A stretch of DNA of 64,000 bases from Candidatus Poribacteria bacterium (GTDB taxonomy: Bacteria; Poribacteria; WGA-4E; WGA-3G), in NCBI GenBank assembly GCA_965215265.1, contig OZ244048.1, forward strand, positions 576,001-640,000, in the 5' to 3' direction. The first letter of the stretch is position 1, and the number at the start of each line of letters is the position of its first letter. The notes under the pieces were generated by a model, which worked only from the letters and a program-made list of their open reading frames with translations, did not search any database and was not told where the DNA came from. A program made the translations under genes and the position numbers. Shown here piece after piece: positions 20,488-32,285 of the stretch.

Positions 20488-21462
20488 CTACCCGAAGGAA
20501 ACCCCCAATTTGACACTCCGTTCCGGATGTTTATCCATTTCCTCGTAGGCTCGTGCGGAATCAGCAAAAGGCACCACTGGAGCTACGATATCCTCACACT
20601 GGAATTTTCCATCAGCGAGCCATTTCCAGCAAGTGTCAATGATCCGTCCGAAATTCCAACGTGGATGGTCGCGGTTAGGGTCGCTGTTCGCGCGTGCGAA
20701 GATGAGGTTCGGGATATTGAAATGCGCCACGGCACCGAGGTCAAGCCCGCCAGTACACTCCTTTGCCCAACCGGCGACAACAACGGTGCCTTCAAATGCG
20801 ACGCTGCGGATGGCATCGTCAAGCGCGTGGTAGTTCGCACTCGTTTCAATGGCAACATCCACACCGAGGCCGCCGGTGGCCTCCTTTAGCACTTCTCCAA
20901 CGTCGCAGGCGGTTGGATCTAAAACGAGGTCTGCGCCGGTTTTCTCAGCGACGGTGCGTCGCCTCTCAATCGGGTCTACGGCGACGACGAAATCAGCGCC
21001 TGCGACATGTGCAAATTGCTGCGTCACTAATCCTATTGCGCCAAGTCCGAAGACAGCCACCCGGTCACCGACGCGCACCTGACCGTCGCGAATTGCCGAA
21101 AGCGCAAAATGCGCAGGATCGTAGCAGACAGCCTCTTTCCAGCTCATCCGTTCAGTCATTCTCAGCAGTCGTTCCGCTTTCCACGTGTGCGTCTCCTTCA
21201 GGTGACCGTGTCCTGCGACACGTTCACCGAGCTTAACGTTTTCAACTTCAGCCCCGAGCTCAACAACTTTACCGACACACATATTTCCAAGTCCTTGCGG
21301 GAATCCTGCACCGCGGAGTCCGTAATACATTGTCATCTCGGTGCCGCGTTTCGGGGCACCGAATTCAACTTGGACTCGGACGCTATCAGCCGGTAGAGGT
21401 TCGTCTCGATATTCCCTCAAGACCGGTTGTCGAGGGGCAAGGGCAACTAATTCTTTTGGCAT
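20488..21462 (-). CDS. Zinc-binding (MDR) alcohol dehydrogenase family protein
   Basis: VGKVVELG, VFGLGAIG Rossmann motif, GVDVAIETS. Confidence 0.88.
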   Translation of the reverse strand: MPKELVALAPRQPVLREYRDEPLPADSVRVQVEFGAPKRGTEMTMYYGLRGAGFPQGLGNMCVGKVVELGAEVENVKLGERVAGHGHLKETHTWKAERLLRMTERMSWKEAVCYDPAHFALSAIRDGQVRVGDRVAVFGLGAIGLVTQQFAHVAGADFVVAVDPIERRRTVAEKTGADLVLDPTACDVGEVLKEATGGLGVDVAIETSANYHALDDAIRSVAFEGTVVVAGWAKECTGGLDLGAVAHFNIPNLIFARANSDPNRDHPRWNFGRIIDTCWKWLADGKFQCEDIVAPVVPFADSARAYEEMDKHPERSVKLGVSFG

Positions 21463-21521
21463 GGCTTTCTCCTTATGTGAATTTGTTTAAGAAGTTCTCC
21501 CTGCAAAGCAGGACGAATTCC

Positions 21522-24020
21522 TTAATGCGGAATCCCCAATTGGTGCATTCGACGATGAATCGCTTCACGTGCTTGCTGGAACGGACGAGAGAGAAATTCT
21601 AAGTGATCTTCCTCGCCGTGGTGATGTGTTACAGTGCCGGGGGCGTGGTGACGTGCGGTGCTTTGGATATACGACAATCCGCCTTCAATCAATGTGAGCA
21701 TATAGTTGGCAGTTTCAGAGTCAAACATCCACCATTCTCCGCCGACGGCGATATAGACAGGGGAGGTATGGGCGATGATGCCGCGTCCCCATCCGTCATG
21801 GTGTGGAACGGCTTGGGCATAGCCGGGACCGCCACATCGCGCTGCAAGCCATGAATGTTTGTTAACTTTTACGTTCGCTTTCAGGCGCAATTGCCGAGTG
21901 CCATTTTTGTCTTCTGTAGACGCAACAACGCGGCCTGCTTGAACGATTTCTAAGGTATGAATCGGGAAAATCGAATCGGCGGCTGCCTCCACTTCAACCG
22001 TACCGCCGTTACCGGGTAGGTTAATCGTGCTACCGACCGGTTCGCCGTTAACAGTCAGCCGAATCATCGGTCCGCCGCTGAGGAACGTGTTGCCTGCCCG
22101 CATGTATTTGCACCAATTGTCGTAGTTGAATTCCTCATCAGCCGGAATGTGAACGTAGGTACGATACACGCCAACCGGTACATCACTGCTCATCTTATCG
22201 GTTCCACCAACGAGAGGCAACTTGTACCCACAATTAAGGTAGCGATAGTATTCAATGTGGCCATACATCGCGTTGGTTAGATATTCAACGGCATCGACTC
22301 TGCCGGTTGCGATGAGCGTGGCGGGTTCGCAGTTCGGGTTCGGAATGTGCGGCAAAACGACGGTGCCGCCTTGTTCGTGACATGCATCCGCCCAATGTGA
22401 TAGCGTAACTTCCAGATTCCCCCCGAGCTCCGCTTCGCCGGGACCATCGGAGCACCACGGAGAAATGTGTTCCTTCAAACCGAGCAGTGTGAGATGTCCG
22501 AGGAGATGTTGGCGATTTTCTTGGGTGGCATAGACTATGCTACGCCCGTCATCCGATACGGTGGGCCTGCCGATGAATTCCTCGGTATTTGTGAAGAGAT
22601 GCCCCCATTGAGAGAGGAGGAGGTTGACGACACCAAGGTCCTCCCCTTGTGCTTCGGTATGCGCGCCTTGTGTCGAGAGAAAATGGACATGGGTATCGCC
22701 GCTAAAATAGCGTTCATCGTTCATATTACACCAACGCTTGAGCCGCAGCTTCAATTCGCGTTGTCCCGGTTTTATCTCAACGGTGGTGCGCAACGGCGTA
22801 TATTCATAGCCGCGAGCGACATCTACGATGACATCGCCGCGAGGCAGCCATCCCTGACAGGTGCCGTCAATGTAGGCGTAACTGATTTGCCCGAGCCGGA
22901 CATCTCCTCCGACATCTATATGCCAAGTCCCCATGTTGGAATTAACATGCGCATGGTGGCCATGTGGTGCGTACGGCACTCCATGAGGAGAACGGAAATG
23001 GATGCGGCACGGCACCGGTTTGCCGGTGTCCTCATCAACAACGGTGGTATGCACCCAGTTTCTGCCAGTGTCAATGATTTCTACCTTGACGCGCTCATTC
23101 GGCTGCACACTGCATTTCTCTTGCACCTCGCCCCAGTTAACGGTTCCGAGGGTTTCGCCGTGGTTTTTAATGTCGAGACTGGCAGACGGAGCCGCAGAGA
23201 CTTCAACGTATGCGGGACTGCTCTTGTTGTTTTGAGCCTCTCCCCAGCCTTTGAAATCATCGTCGAGGAACTGTTCTGCGGAATCTTCAGGTAACGGATA
23301 GGGATACGTAGCAGTGCCGCGGTCGACATCGACTTCAATATCAAACGGTTTTTCGACATCGTCAGGATTCTGGAGAGTAATTTTGACTTCGCGTCTCGCA
23401 CGGCGTGGAATCGGGTCTTCATCTCGGTGCCCAAGCGTTACACCGGCAATCAGGAATTTCTGGGTCTCCGGCTGAATTTCAAGAAGCTCTATTGTTAGAT
23501 GCGGTTTCGGGTTTTTCCACACCCATAAGTAGTAGTCGCGCGGTCCTCCTTGTGTAGCTTCCGTTTGCCGGTTCCCGGCGGAGCCCCAATTGCCTTCGTG
23601 TCGAGGCATCACTCCATCTTTCTCGTCTGGCCAGGCCAGGAAAGGATGTTGCCCCCATCCGGGCGGCACAACCGCAATCTCAAATCGTTCACGAATTGGA
23701 ACAGTGTAGGTTTCACCACCCGCGTATTGGAAGACATAGTGAGCAATCAGTTTCCCGACCGGCTCGCCCGCAAAAATGTCGGATTGCAAGAGCCGATGGG
23801 CGACAATTATGTTCTTTGCGGTGGTGTTAATAGGAATCTTTAAAGGTTCAGTGCTAATACCATCGCCGAAGCCCAAAAAACAGTTGTCCCCTTCTCCAAT
23901 CAGGAAAGGAAGCCCATGGAACGTTTGTGAACCGACGTTCGGCGTTGCCTGCGAGTTAATGATTCCAACACCGGCATTGCACAAAGTCGAAAGTGAAATA
24001 GGTTGGTAGTCTGGCATCAT
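21522..24020 (-). CDS. CehA/McbA family metallohydrolase (PHP-like)
   Basis: SGDTHVH, QENRQHLLGH, YYRYLNCG..LPLVGGTD, AHTSPVY. Confidence 0.8.
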   Translation of the reverse strand: MMPDYQPISLSTLCNAGVGIINSQATPNVGSQTFHGLPFLIGEGDNCFLGFGDGISTEPLKIPINTTAKNIIVAHRLLQSDIFAGEPVGKLIAHYVFQYAGGETYTVPIRERFEIAVVPPGWGQHPFLAWPDEKDGVMPRHEGNWGSAGNRQTEATQGGPRDYYLWVWKNPKPHLTIELLEIQPETQKFLIAGVTLGHRDEDPIPRRARREVKITLQNPDDVEKPFDIEVDVDRGTATYPYPLPEDSAEQFLDDDFKGWGEAQNNKSSPAYVEVSAAPSASLDIKNHGETLGTVNWGEVQEKCSVQPNERVKVEIIDTGRNWVHTTVVDEDTGKPVPCRIHFRSPHGVPYAPHGHHAHVNSNMGTWHIDVGGDVRLGQISYAYIDGTCQGWLPRGDVIVDVARGYEYTPLRTTVEIKPGQRELKLRLKRWCNMNDERYFSGDTHVHFLSTQGAHTEAQGEDLGVVNLLLSQWGHLFTNTEEFIGRPTVSDDGRSIVYATQENRQHLLGHLTLLGLKEHISPWCSDGPGEAELGGNLEVTLSHWADACHEQGGTVVLPHIPNPNCEPATLIATGRVDAVEYLTNAMYGHIEYYRYLNCGYKLPLVGGTDKMSSDVPVGVYRTYVHIPADEEFNYDNWCKYMRAGNTFLSGGPMIRLTVNGEPVGSTINLPGNGGTVEVEAAADSIFPIHTLEIVQAGRVVASTEDKNGTRQLRLKANVKVNKHSWLAARCGGPGYAQAVPHHDGWGRGIIAHTSPVYIAVGGEWWMFDSETANYMLTLIEGGLSYIQSTARHHAPGTVTHHHGEEDHLEFLSRPFQQAREAIHRRMHQLGIPH

Positions 24021-24236
24021 AAGCCCCCTCTGTTCGTGCGTTGTATTGTCGATTTCTCTGTGTGAAGTTATAGTGCTTGCTTGGGATTATAGCAGAAGTG
24101 CTAAATTTTTGCAAGGGACGATCAAGAATATCGTTATTTCCCAAAGATGGCAAGGAACTGGCGTGTTAAGTAATTCGCATCCTTTTCTCTACTGCTTGTG
24201 CTTCTTATTTTCCAGAAGTTGTGGGAGACAAAAAAG

Positions 24237-25070
24237 TCAGTAATTTTTAATAAACACCTCGTTTCCTTTGGCGGCACGCTTTTGGCGGTAATTGTTCATA
24301 CCGTATTGGAGCGACCATTGGCGAATTTCGGCAAAATTGAAGAGTTCTCGAATAATCGGGGAGTCGTCATAGGTAATCAGCCATTTGTGGGGGCACCTTT
24401 TCATATTTTCGGCGAACTGTTCATGGTCAAACGAAGTATGCAATGTCCCTTTCACACCGTAGAGTTTAGAGGCTGTCGCCTTCCAATACGGCGGATCTAA
24501 AAAGATAAAGACATCCTCGCCTTTTTGGAAAAGTAATTCGGCATAATCGCCGCACGTAATTTTGACATCGGCGAGATATGGTGCGACTTGCTCAATTCGT
24601 GTAATTGATGAGGCTGTCCACCGTTTTTCATAAGCCGCGGGCGAATACCCCCCGGAGTCCACTACGCCTGAAAAGGTAATGCGATTTAGCACGAAGAATC
24701 TGACCGCACGCTCAAATTCGGAGAGCAGTGTCCGGTTTTGGCTCAGCAGTTCTTTTGTCTTCGTTAATTCTTTAAACAAGGCACGTCCATCTGCAGTGTT
24801 TGCACGCGTATCTGTCAACGTTGAGACTAGGTCCGGGACGTTGTCGCGTACCTGCTTCCAGAAACAGTACAGCTCGTAGTTGAGTTCATTAATCCAATAC
24901 GTATGAATTCGGTTTTGGAAAATACTTCGGATTGCCAAAAAAACGGAGCCGCCGCCCACGAAAGGTTCTCGAAATTCTGAAATGTTCACGGGTATAAGAG
25001 GCAGGATGTGTTTTAGTGCACGAGATTTGCCGCCAGGATATCGTAATGGGCTTTTAGCTAGTTTAGGCAT
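24237..25070 (-). CDS. Dam-family (D12 class) DNA adenine methyltransferase
   Basis: LRYPGGKS, EPFVGGGS, FLDPPY. Confidence 0.92.
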   Translation of the reverse strand: MPKLAKSPLRYPGGKSRALKHILPLIPVNISEFREPFVGGGSVFLAIRSIFQNRIHTYWINELNYELYCFWKQVRDNVPDLVSTLTDTRANTADGRALFKELTKTKELLSQNRTLLSEFERAVRFFVLNRITFSGVVDSGGYSPAAYEKRWTASSITRIEQVAPYLADVKITCGDYAELLFQKGEDVFIFLDPPYWKATASKLYGVKGTLHTSFDHEQFAENMKRCPHKWLITYDDSPIIRELFNFAEIRQWSLQYGMNNYRQKRAAKGNEVFIKNY

Positions 25071-25396
25071 AGCGTGGTGTTATCCATATCTGTAATTTGT
25101 CATTTTCGGCTGCTTCTTGGTTTAGCAAGGTGAGTTTTTTCCGTTTGCTTTGCCTTAAGCGATTTTCAGGGAGTGTATATTACATCTTTCACGAATCCTT
25201 TTAAGTTCAGTGTGCTCATTTCGTCCTCTATACGAGACAAATTTGCGGGTACTTGCATTAAAGTGTGTCGGTTAAATGAACGTCTAAGTTTTTATTTGTT
25301 GTTCCGTGTGAAAGTTTGAAGGTTCACAATCAGAAGATGGCTCCCGAATCCGAACAGCACACGGTGCGGGAGCTCACTTCTATAGCAGAAGGACAG

Positions 25397-26392
25397 TTAA
25401 AGCGGTAAGTCAATCGAGCGTCCCTGTTCAGATGACATATAGAATGCCTGCATCAGTTCTGTCAGGTTGCGTCCGTCTTGGATGTTAATAGTCATGGGTT
25501 CATCGCGGAGGATGGCGTTAATCCACTGCTGCATCGGTTCAGGTGGTGCTGCGGGGGCGTTGGCGATGTACTCTGCTTTCTCTTCATCGGAGAGTTTGCG
25601 GGTTTGAAAGTGCATCTCTCCATGCCCAGCGACGAAAGAGCCTTCCGTGCCGTAAAGTTCCAATAAATTAGGACCAGAACGGTGTATCCAGGCGACATCA
25701 ATGATGCCGAGTGCCTTGTTCGCGAATTCAACGACGGAGACGCTGTTGTCGTCGATTGGGAAATTCCCGGTAAAGTTGTTAATCTTTGCGATGGCACTTT
25801 GGGGTTCCCCCATCAACCACCGGATGACATCCACTCGGTGGCATCCTAGGTCAAACAAAGCTCCGCCCCCGGCCCGTTCTGCGTCTGCGAACCAGGCGCT
25901 TGTCCCGCTGAACCATTTGTCAAGTGCGGCGGAGTGCGCGATTCGTCCGCGCCCGAAGGTAAGGGCACCGAGCAGCCCGTCCTCAATCACTTTTTTTGCC
26001 AACAGGATTTCGGGATGGCATCGGGACGGTAAGGAAATCATAAACTTTACGTTGGCTTTCTCAACGGCGGTAATAATGGCATCACACCCGGCAACATCAA
26101 TGGCAAGGGCTTTCTCCGTGAAGATATGTTTTCCGGCTTCGGCGGCAGCAAGCATGATGCGCGGATGGTCGGACGTGATGGCATCGACGGCGACTGCGTC
26201 TACGTCTTCACGGCTAAATAACTCATCCAGTTCAGTATAGAAGGGCACCCCGTACTGTTCCGCCGCACTTCTACCCCCGTATTCCTCTTCGTCCCAGACA
26301 GCGGCGAGCTCAGTTTCTGGGTTTTCGTGAATTTTCCGGGCGTATCCGCCGGCATGGACATGTGCCATACTCAATTTTGCAACTTTAATCAT
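25397..26392 (-). CDS. Gfo/Idh/MocA oxidoreductase
   Basis: GKHIFTEKAL, GGGALFDLGCH. Confidence 0.92.
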   Translation of the reverse strand: MIKVAKLSMAHVHAGGYARKIHENPETELAAVWDEEEYGGRSAAEQYGVPFYTELDELFSREDVDAVAVDAITSDHPRIMLAAAEAGKHIFTEKALAIDVAGCDAIITAVEKANVKFMISLPSRCHPEILLAKKVIEDGLLGALTFGRGRIAHSAALDKWFSGTSAWFADAERAGGGALFDLGCHRVDVIRWLMGEPQSAIAKINNFTGNFPIDDNSVSVVEFANKALGIIDVAWIHRSGPNLLELYGTEGSFVAGHGEMHFQTRKLSDEEKAEYIANAPAAPPEPMQQWINAILRDEPMTINIQDGRNLTELMQAFYMSSEQGRSIDLPL

Positions 26393-26403
26393 TAGGTTTC
26401 TCC

Positions 26404-27180
26404 TTATCGGATGCGAGCTACCGAAGAACGGGTAGCGAGGTGATTCCAGCCACGTAGCACCAATTGTACGTTCGTGTGGCGATTTTGGGCTTCAATTTCA
26501 TCGTCGCCGGCATGCATTTGGACGAGGACGCTTTTTCGCGTCTGTTTAGAACGATTGGGCATGGAGCCGTGCAGCGTAAAATAACTGAAGAAGAGCACAT
26601 CGCCTGGCTCAGCCTCCAAGATAGTCGCATTCTTAATAGGGTATTGCTCGCTCATCTCAGCGTTCTGTCCACTGCCCATCATGCCGTCGGTTCTGCCGAG
26701 GCACTTGTGTGAACCGGGATAGACGCGGACGCATCCCATCTCATCTGTGGCGTGTGAGACATAAATGATTGCAGCTATCATAGTATCCTTGACAGATGGG
26801 AAGTACTGCCAATCCTGATGCATCGGGAAGGGCGCCCCTTTTTCTGGCGGTTTGCAGAAAAGTTTCGAATGGTGCAGCATAATATCCGGGCCGAGGATGG
26901 CCTCTGTGATGTCAAGAAACTGTTCCTGCAAGAACGCCTGCATCCATACTGCAGAAAAACTCTGTATATTATGGGTATGAATGATAACCGATTCTCCGCC
27001 ATCCAGGGCATCCATCAGTCTGCCACCCCAGCGAGCATTGACGTTTTCATCACTCTTCAGGAGCTGATCGACGACACGGTCAAAGTCATGTTCCATCGTG
27101 TGAATCTCTTCTAGCGAGTACACGCCTTTAGCGAAGTAATATCCGTTTTCGTGAAAAAATGTTCCGATATTTTTTGACAT
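26404..27180 (-). CDS. Phytanoyl-CoA dioxygenase (PhyH) family protein
   Basis: HQD, VYPGSH, GDVLFF..TLHGS..N.S..R; likely start is ATG 27180. Confidence 0.92.
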   Translation of the reverse strand: MSKNIGTFFHENGYYFAKGVYSLEEIHTMEHDFDRVVDQLLKSDENVNARWGGRLMDALDGGESVIIHTHNIQSFSAVWMQAFLQEQFLDITEAILGPDIMLHHSKLFCKPPEKGAPFPMHQDWQYFPSVKDTMIAAIIYVSHATDEMGCVRVYPGSHKCLGRTDGMMGSGQNAEMSEQYPIKNATILEAEPGDVLFFSYFTLHGSMPNRSKQTRKSVLVQMHAGDDEIEAQNRHTNVQLVLRGWNHLATRSSVARIR

Positions 27181-27911
27181 TATGGGTTTGTTACCTCCAA
27201 AAATAGTTCCACAAGCCAATTTGATCTGTTCTCAGTTTCCATGAACTCTTGCTGCAGCTGGGTGAGGGTATTAAAAACAACGAGTTGTCCGTTGTTCAAA
27301 ATGCCGACTTTATTGCACATCTTCGGTACATCCTCAAGACGATTGGTCGCAATGACGATGCTTTTTCCCATCGCCCGGAGCTCGCCCAAAAGCTGTATCA
27401 TCTCAATTTGGCCTCGTGCATCCAAGGGCGCAAGAGGTTCGTCAAGCAGCCAGAGTTGTGGTTCGTGCAGAAAGGTTTTCGCAAACAGGAGCCGTTGTCG
27501 TTCACCTATTGATAACGTGCCGGTTTTTCTATCACGCAGATGCCCGATGTCCATAAGTTCCAGTACAGCGTCAATTGAAGCGGTGCGTTCATCGCGTGCT
27601 AAGCGGTATGCAGATGCGAAAAAATTCAGGTAGTTTTCTCCAGATAATTCTGGGTATCCCTCAAAAGCTGCCGGTACATATCCGATGAGTGGTCGCACTT
27701 TCTTCAGGTTCCGAAACGCGTCGCAGTCATCAATAGAGAGTGTGCCGGATGTGGGTTCCACCAGCGTTGCCAAAAGGTTAAGCAGGAGTGTTTTGCCCGA
27801 GCCGTTTCTGCCGAGTAGCGCGAGGCACTCACCAGCCGCCACGTCAAACGTAAGACCCGTCAGGGACGGCTGCTTACCAAAGGATTTACACAAGTTTTGT
27901 ACATCAAGCAT
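27180..27911 (-). CDS. ABC transporter ATP-binding protein
   Basis: GRNGSGKT, LSIGERQR, LLDEP. Confidence 0.92.
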   Translation of the reverse strand: MLDVQNLCKSFGKQPSLTGLTFDVAAGECLALLGRNGSGKTLLLNLLATLVEPTSGTLSIDDCDAFRNLKKVRPLIGYVPAAFEGYPELSGENYLNFFASAYRLARDERTASIDAVLELMDIGHLRDRKTGTLSIGERQRLLFAKTFLHEPQLWLLDEPLAPLDARGQIEMIQLLGELRAMGKSIVIATNRLEDVPKMCNKVGILNNGQLVVFNTLTQLQQEFMETENRSNWLVELFLEVTNP

Positions 27912-27925
27912 GGATAGCGGTTCAA

Positions 27926-28927
27926 TTAACCGAGGTCTACTTTAACAGGCCTACCGAGCCTCGCGGATTGCCAGGCGGCTTCCGTTAACTGAATCACGCG
28001 CAATCCGTTCTCAACGCCGATAGGGTTCTCTGTCCGTTCGCCACGGATCAATTCAATGAAAACAGCATCTTTCTTGGCACCTGTTGGCATCTCAGATTCT
28101 GGGACCTGAATGGGTCCACCGTCTTTTTCTTGACGGTAGAGTTTCCCCGCACGCAGGTAGAGCGTGCCTTCTTCCATCCAGATCGAAAAGTCTTCTTGTA
28201 CGCCGCCGTATGCGTGTCCGACAATGCTGATATTGCAAAGTGCACCGGTATCAAATTTAATGGACATTGCGCTCAGCACATCGACCTCAATATCTAAGTT
28301 GTCGATCATCGCAAAAACGGTGTCAGGACTGACTTCCATTACCCACAAAAGGATATCGATGAGGTGGCTCCCAGAATCGTTCAGCTGCCCGCCCCCGCCG
28401 AGGAACGCATCTTGGCGCCATTTGCCCCGCTGATTCCGGTACCAATTCTGTGATTGATGCGCCTCAACGAAATGGACGGGGCCCAGCTCGCCGCTCTGGA
28501 CAACCCGGCGGCAGTATTGATATGTCGGACTCAGATGCCGCTGGTAGCCGATGAGTAGATGCAACCCAGTTTCTTCAACCTTTGCCATAACCTGTTTCGC
28601 GTGCTCAACCGTGCAAACCATCGGTTTTTCGGTATGCACGTGACAGCCGGCATCAAGTGAAGCCATGATATGCTCAAAATGGAGGCCGTGCGGGGAACTG
28701 ATGACGACAGCATCCGGTTTGATGTCGTCTAACATCTCGCGATGTTCAGCATACGTGGGGAGAGACGGGTCCAAGCCAACGTTCTCCTTGAAAGCCGCAA
28801 GGGAGTTTTCACTCGGGTCTGCAAGGGCGACAATCTCTACATCTTCTATATTGGAGACGCTGCGCCCGTGCCCACGTGCATTGCCCCCACACCCGATAAA
28901 TGCAACGTTTATTTTTTGTTTCGACAT
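27926..28927 (-). CDS. Gfo/Idh/MocA oxidoreductase
   Basis: FIGCGG, HVHTEKPM, GGGQLNDSGSH. Confidence 0.92.
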   Translation of the reverse strand: MSKQKINVAFIGCGGNARGHGRSVSNIEDVEIVALADPSENSLAAFKENVGLDPSLPTYAEHREMLDDIKPDAVVISSPHGLHFEHIMASLDAGCHVHTEKPMVCTVEHAKQVMAKVEETGLHLLIGYQRHLSPTYQYCRRVVQSGELGPVHFVEAHQSQNWYRNQRGKWRQDAFLGGGGQLNDSGSHLIDILLWVMEVSPDTVFAMIDNLDIEVDVLSAMSIKFDTGALCNISIVGHAYGGVQEDFSIWMEEGTLYLRAGKLYRQEKDGGPIQVPESEMPTGAKKDAVFIELIRGERTENPIGVENGLRVIQLTEAAWQSARLGRPVKVDLG

Positions 28928-29186
28928 AATTCATCCTCGTTCAATAATGGGTCTCGGTTTTTTACCACAGTCTTCTCTATTCGCTTTAGGATATCATAAT
29001 TAGCATCACAAATCAAGGAATTAATGCGAATGAATTCGAATCTTTCGTTAAAAGTGTTCAAAAAATGAACAGCATTCCACAAATTATGTGCTAAAAATAG
29101 CAAAATAGCACGATTAACTGACAATTCAGATTGGCATACAATTTGCACAATATATTACAAATTACAGTTAGCACGAGGCAAAAATT

Positions 29187-29843
<657 letters not shown>

Positions 29844-29862
29844 AATGGCGTGAAAAAGATTT

Positions 29863-32241
29863 ATGACTTACTTTTCAACTTCGTATGAATTCACTCAGAA
29901 TAAACTTAGGAGTAGTGCTATTATGAAAAAATTATTTTATGTTTTCTTCTACCTCTGCATTGGACTGCAAGCCAGTTTGCTTTCAGATGTCTACTCGAAA
30001 TCAGATAAAAACGTGGAAAGCGTAAAGGAATTGGAAGAAGTCGCTGTGACGGCGACGCGCGTTGCGAAAGAACCTTTCAAAACCCCAAACGCCATCTCGG
30101 TACTGACTTTAAAAGAATTGGAACGAACCAACGCCGATATTACGTCGAATTTGCTTCGCGATGTCGTCGGTGTGATTGCACAGCAGACAACAGTTGGGCA
30201 AGGCTCACCGATGCTCCGGAGCCTGACCGGCTACCAGACGTTGATACAAGTGGACTGGGTGCGTCTCAATAATTCGACGTTCCGTTCAGGACCAAACCAA
30301 TATACGGCAACGCTTGCACCGGAAACGTTAGAACGGGCAGAGGTGCTACTCGGCTCAAGTTCCATGTTATATGGAAGTGGGGCGATGGGTGGTGTTATCA
30401 GCGTCTTTACGAAATCGGTCCCGCTGAACCCAGAACAGCAGACGTGGGAGATACATCCACGCCTCCTCGCCCGCTACACGACTGCGACACAAGAACGACT
30501 CGGTAAATTAGAGTTAACGGGGAGCAAAGGACGATTCGGTTTTATTGCTGGCGGGGGCGTTCGGTTCTATGGCGATGTCAACCCGGGCAGCGGATACGAT
30601 CTCCACTACAAAAATCGGAAGTTTGAAATCGTGGACGAAAAACCGAGCGGCGTGAAACTTTTTGATAGTTTGCCGGAAACACCGCCTGAGAGATGGCTCA
30701 TTGACAATGAAGGTCCTTTGGGTTGGAAAGCCTATGATGCCGATGCAAAAATTGCCTACCAACTCAACGATACGAGTCGTATCAACGTTGCATACCAAAT
30801 GTGGCGACAACCGCAAACCCCACGCTATGATAAAATCGCCCCACGTGAGTTTGACGAATTCTATTTTGAACCGCAAAATCGGGACCTTGTCTACGCGAAC
30901 TATACGGTAAATCCGGTCAATAGCCGTATAGATTTATTCCGTCTCACCACCTCTTACCACCGCCAAAAAGAGGGACGCAACGAGGTAAAACTCGACGCGA
31001 CATCGCGGAGACATCGGTTTGATACGGTTAATACAGTCGGCTTAAGCGCACAAGCCGTGAGTAGCGTGCTCCCCCGACAACGTTTGGTAGCAGGTGGCGA
31101 ATTCTACCTTGACATGCTGCAGAGCCGCACTGTGAAAACAGATCTGGAAACCGGACAGGAGGATGTTGACGAAAATCTCGCACGATTTATCAACGGTTCG
31201 CAGTTCTGGGATACAAGTCTATTCCTTCAAGATGAAATTAGAGTTCACGAACGGGTCGAGTTGACACTCGGTGGCCGTGCGACTTTTTACCAGACAAACG
31301 CCGACCTTAGCTTGCGAGCACCGGATTTCGACGAATTCAATGAATTTGACAGCAGCTTGACAGGTAGTGGCGGGATTGTCGTCGGCTTAACAGATTCGTT
31401 GAACTTTGTGAGCAGTTTCGGAACCGCGTTCCGTGCACCATCTCTAAATGATACAACAGCAGTAGAGGTTACGAATGAGGGAGTTACGGCTCCTAGCCCG
31501 GATTTGGATGCCGAAACGTCCTGGACAATTGAGGGTGGCCTCAAGGCAAAACATTCCTATTTCAGTGGCACCTTAACGGTATTCCATAGCCGCGTCAACG
31601 GTCTAGTTACGCGTAAACCTGTTCAAGAAGCATACGCAGGGGAAGCACTGCCGCAACTCCATCAAGACTTAATCAAAGAATACGAAGGTATTGATGTCCT
31701 GGTGTTTGATAACGTCGATGAAGCACAGTTTCAAGGCGTTGAGTTAGCAGGGCTTATCACGCTTCTTCCGGGTTGGTCGGTTTACGGCAATGCGGCGTTG
31801 CTGCGCGGGACGGTCCTCAAACTGAACGGTAAAGCCCCAGATGCGAAAAAGCCGTGGGAGGCACGTACTCGTAGGGAACCACCATTGAATGGGGTTGTAG
31901 GCATCGAGTGGGAACCGTTGAATACGCAGTTCTGGGCAACTCTGTTTGTGCGAGGCGCAGCAGAGCAGAGACGACTGAATCGGAGCGACATCAGAGACCC
32001 ACGCATCCCCGGAAAAACACGAGATCCGGCAGAAGTCGAATTTGACAGTGCCGGCAACGCAGTTGATGCAGGAACGCCAGGGTGGTGGACGCTCAACCTG
32101 CACGGCGGTGTCAAACTCTTTGAATATACGCGTTTGACGTTAGCACTCGAAAATTTGCTAGATCAGCGGTATCGTCCGCATGGCTCGGGTGTCAACGCAC
32201 CGGGTTTCAATGTGAGTCTAAGTTTAGACAACCGGTTTTAG
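29863..32241 (+). CDS. TonB-dependent receptor
   Basis: LEEVAVTATR TonB-box region, plug motif SSMLYGSGAMGGVI, AFRAPSL, ENLLDQRY, terminal Phe; real start probably the MKKLF ATG. Confidence 0.93.
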   Translation: MTYFSTSYEFTQNKLRSSAIMKKLFYVFFYLCIGLQASLLSDVYSKSDKNVESVKELEEVAVTATRVAKEPFKTPNAISVLTLKELERTNADITSNLLRDVVGVIAQQTTVGQGSPMLRSLTGYQTLIQVDWVRLNNSTFRSGPNQYTATLAPETLERAEVLLGSSSMLYGSGAMGGVISVFTKSVPLNPEQQTWEIHPRLLARYTTATQERLGKLELTGSKGRFGFIAGGGVRFYGDVNPGSGYDLHYKNRKFEIVDEKPSGVKLFDSLPETPPERWLIDNEGPLGWKAYDADAKIAYQLNDTSRINVAYQMWRQPQTPRYDKIAPREFDEFYFEPQNRDLVYANYTVNPVNSRIDLFRLTTSYHRQKEGRNEVKLDATSRRHRFDTVNTVGLSAQAVSSVLPRQRLVAGGEFYLDMLQSRTVKTDLETGQEDVDENLARFINGSQFWDTSLFLQDEIRVHERVELTLGGRATFYQTNADLSLRAPDFDEFNEFDSSLTGSGGIVVGLTDSLNFVSSFGTAFRAPSLNDTTAVEVTNEGVTAPSPDLDAETSWTIEGGLKAKHSYFSGTLTVFHSRVNGLVTRKPVQEAYAGEALPQLHQDLIKEYEGIDVLVFDNVDEAQFQGVELAGLITLLPGWSVYGNAALLRGTVLKLNGKAPDAKKPWEARTRREPPLNGVVGIEWEPLNTQFWATLFVRGAAEQRRLNRSDIRDPRIPGKTRDPAEVEFDSAGNAVDAGTPGWWTLNLHGGVKLFEYTRLTLALENLLDQRYRPHGSGVNAPGFNVSLSLDNRF

Positions 32242-32285
32242 AACTTCACAATTTAGTGGGTGCAGGTATCGCCTGTGCCCACGAC

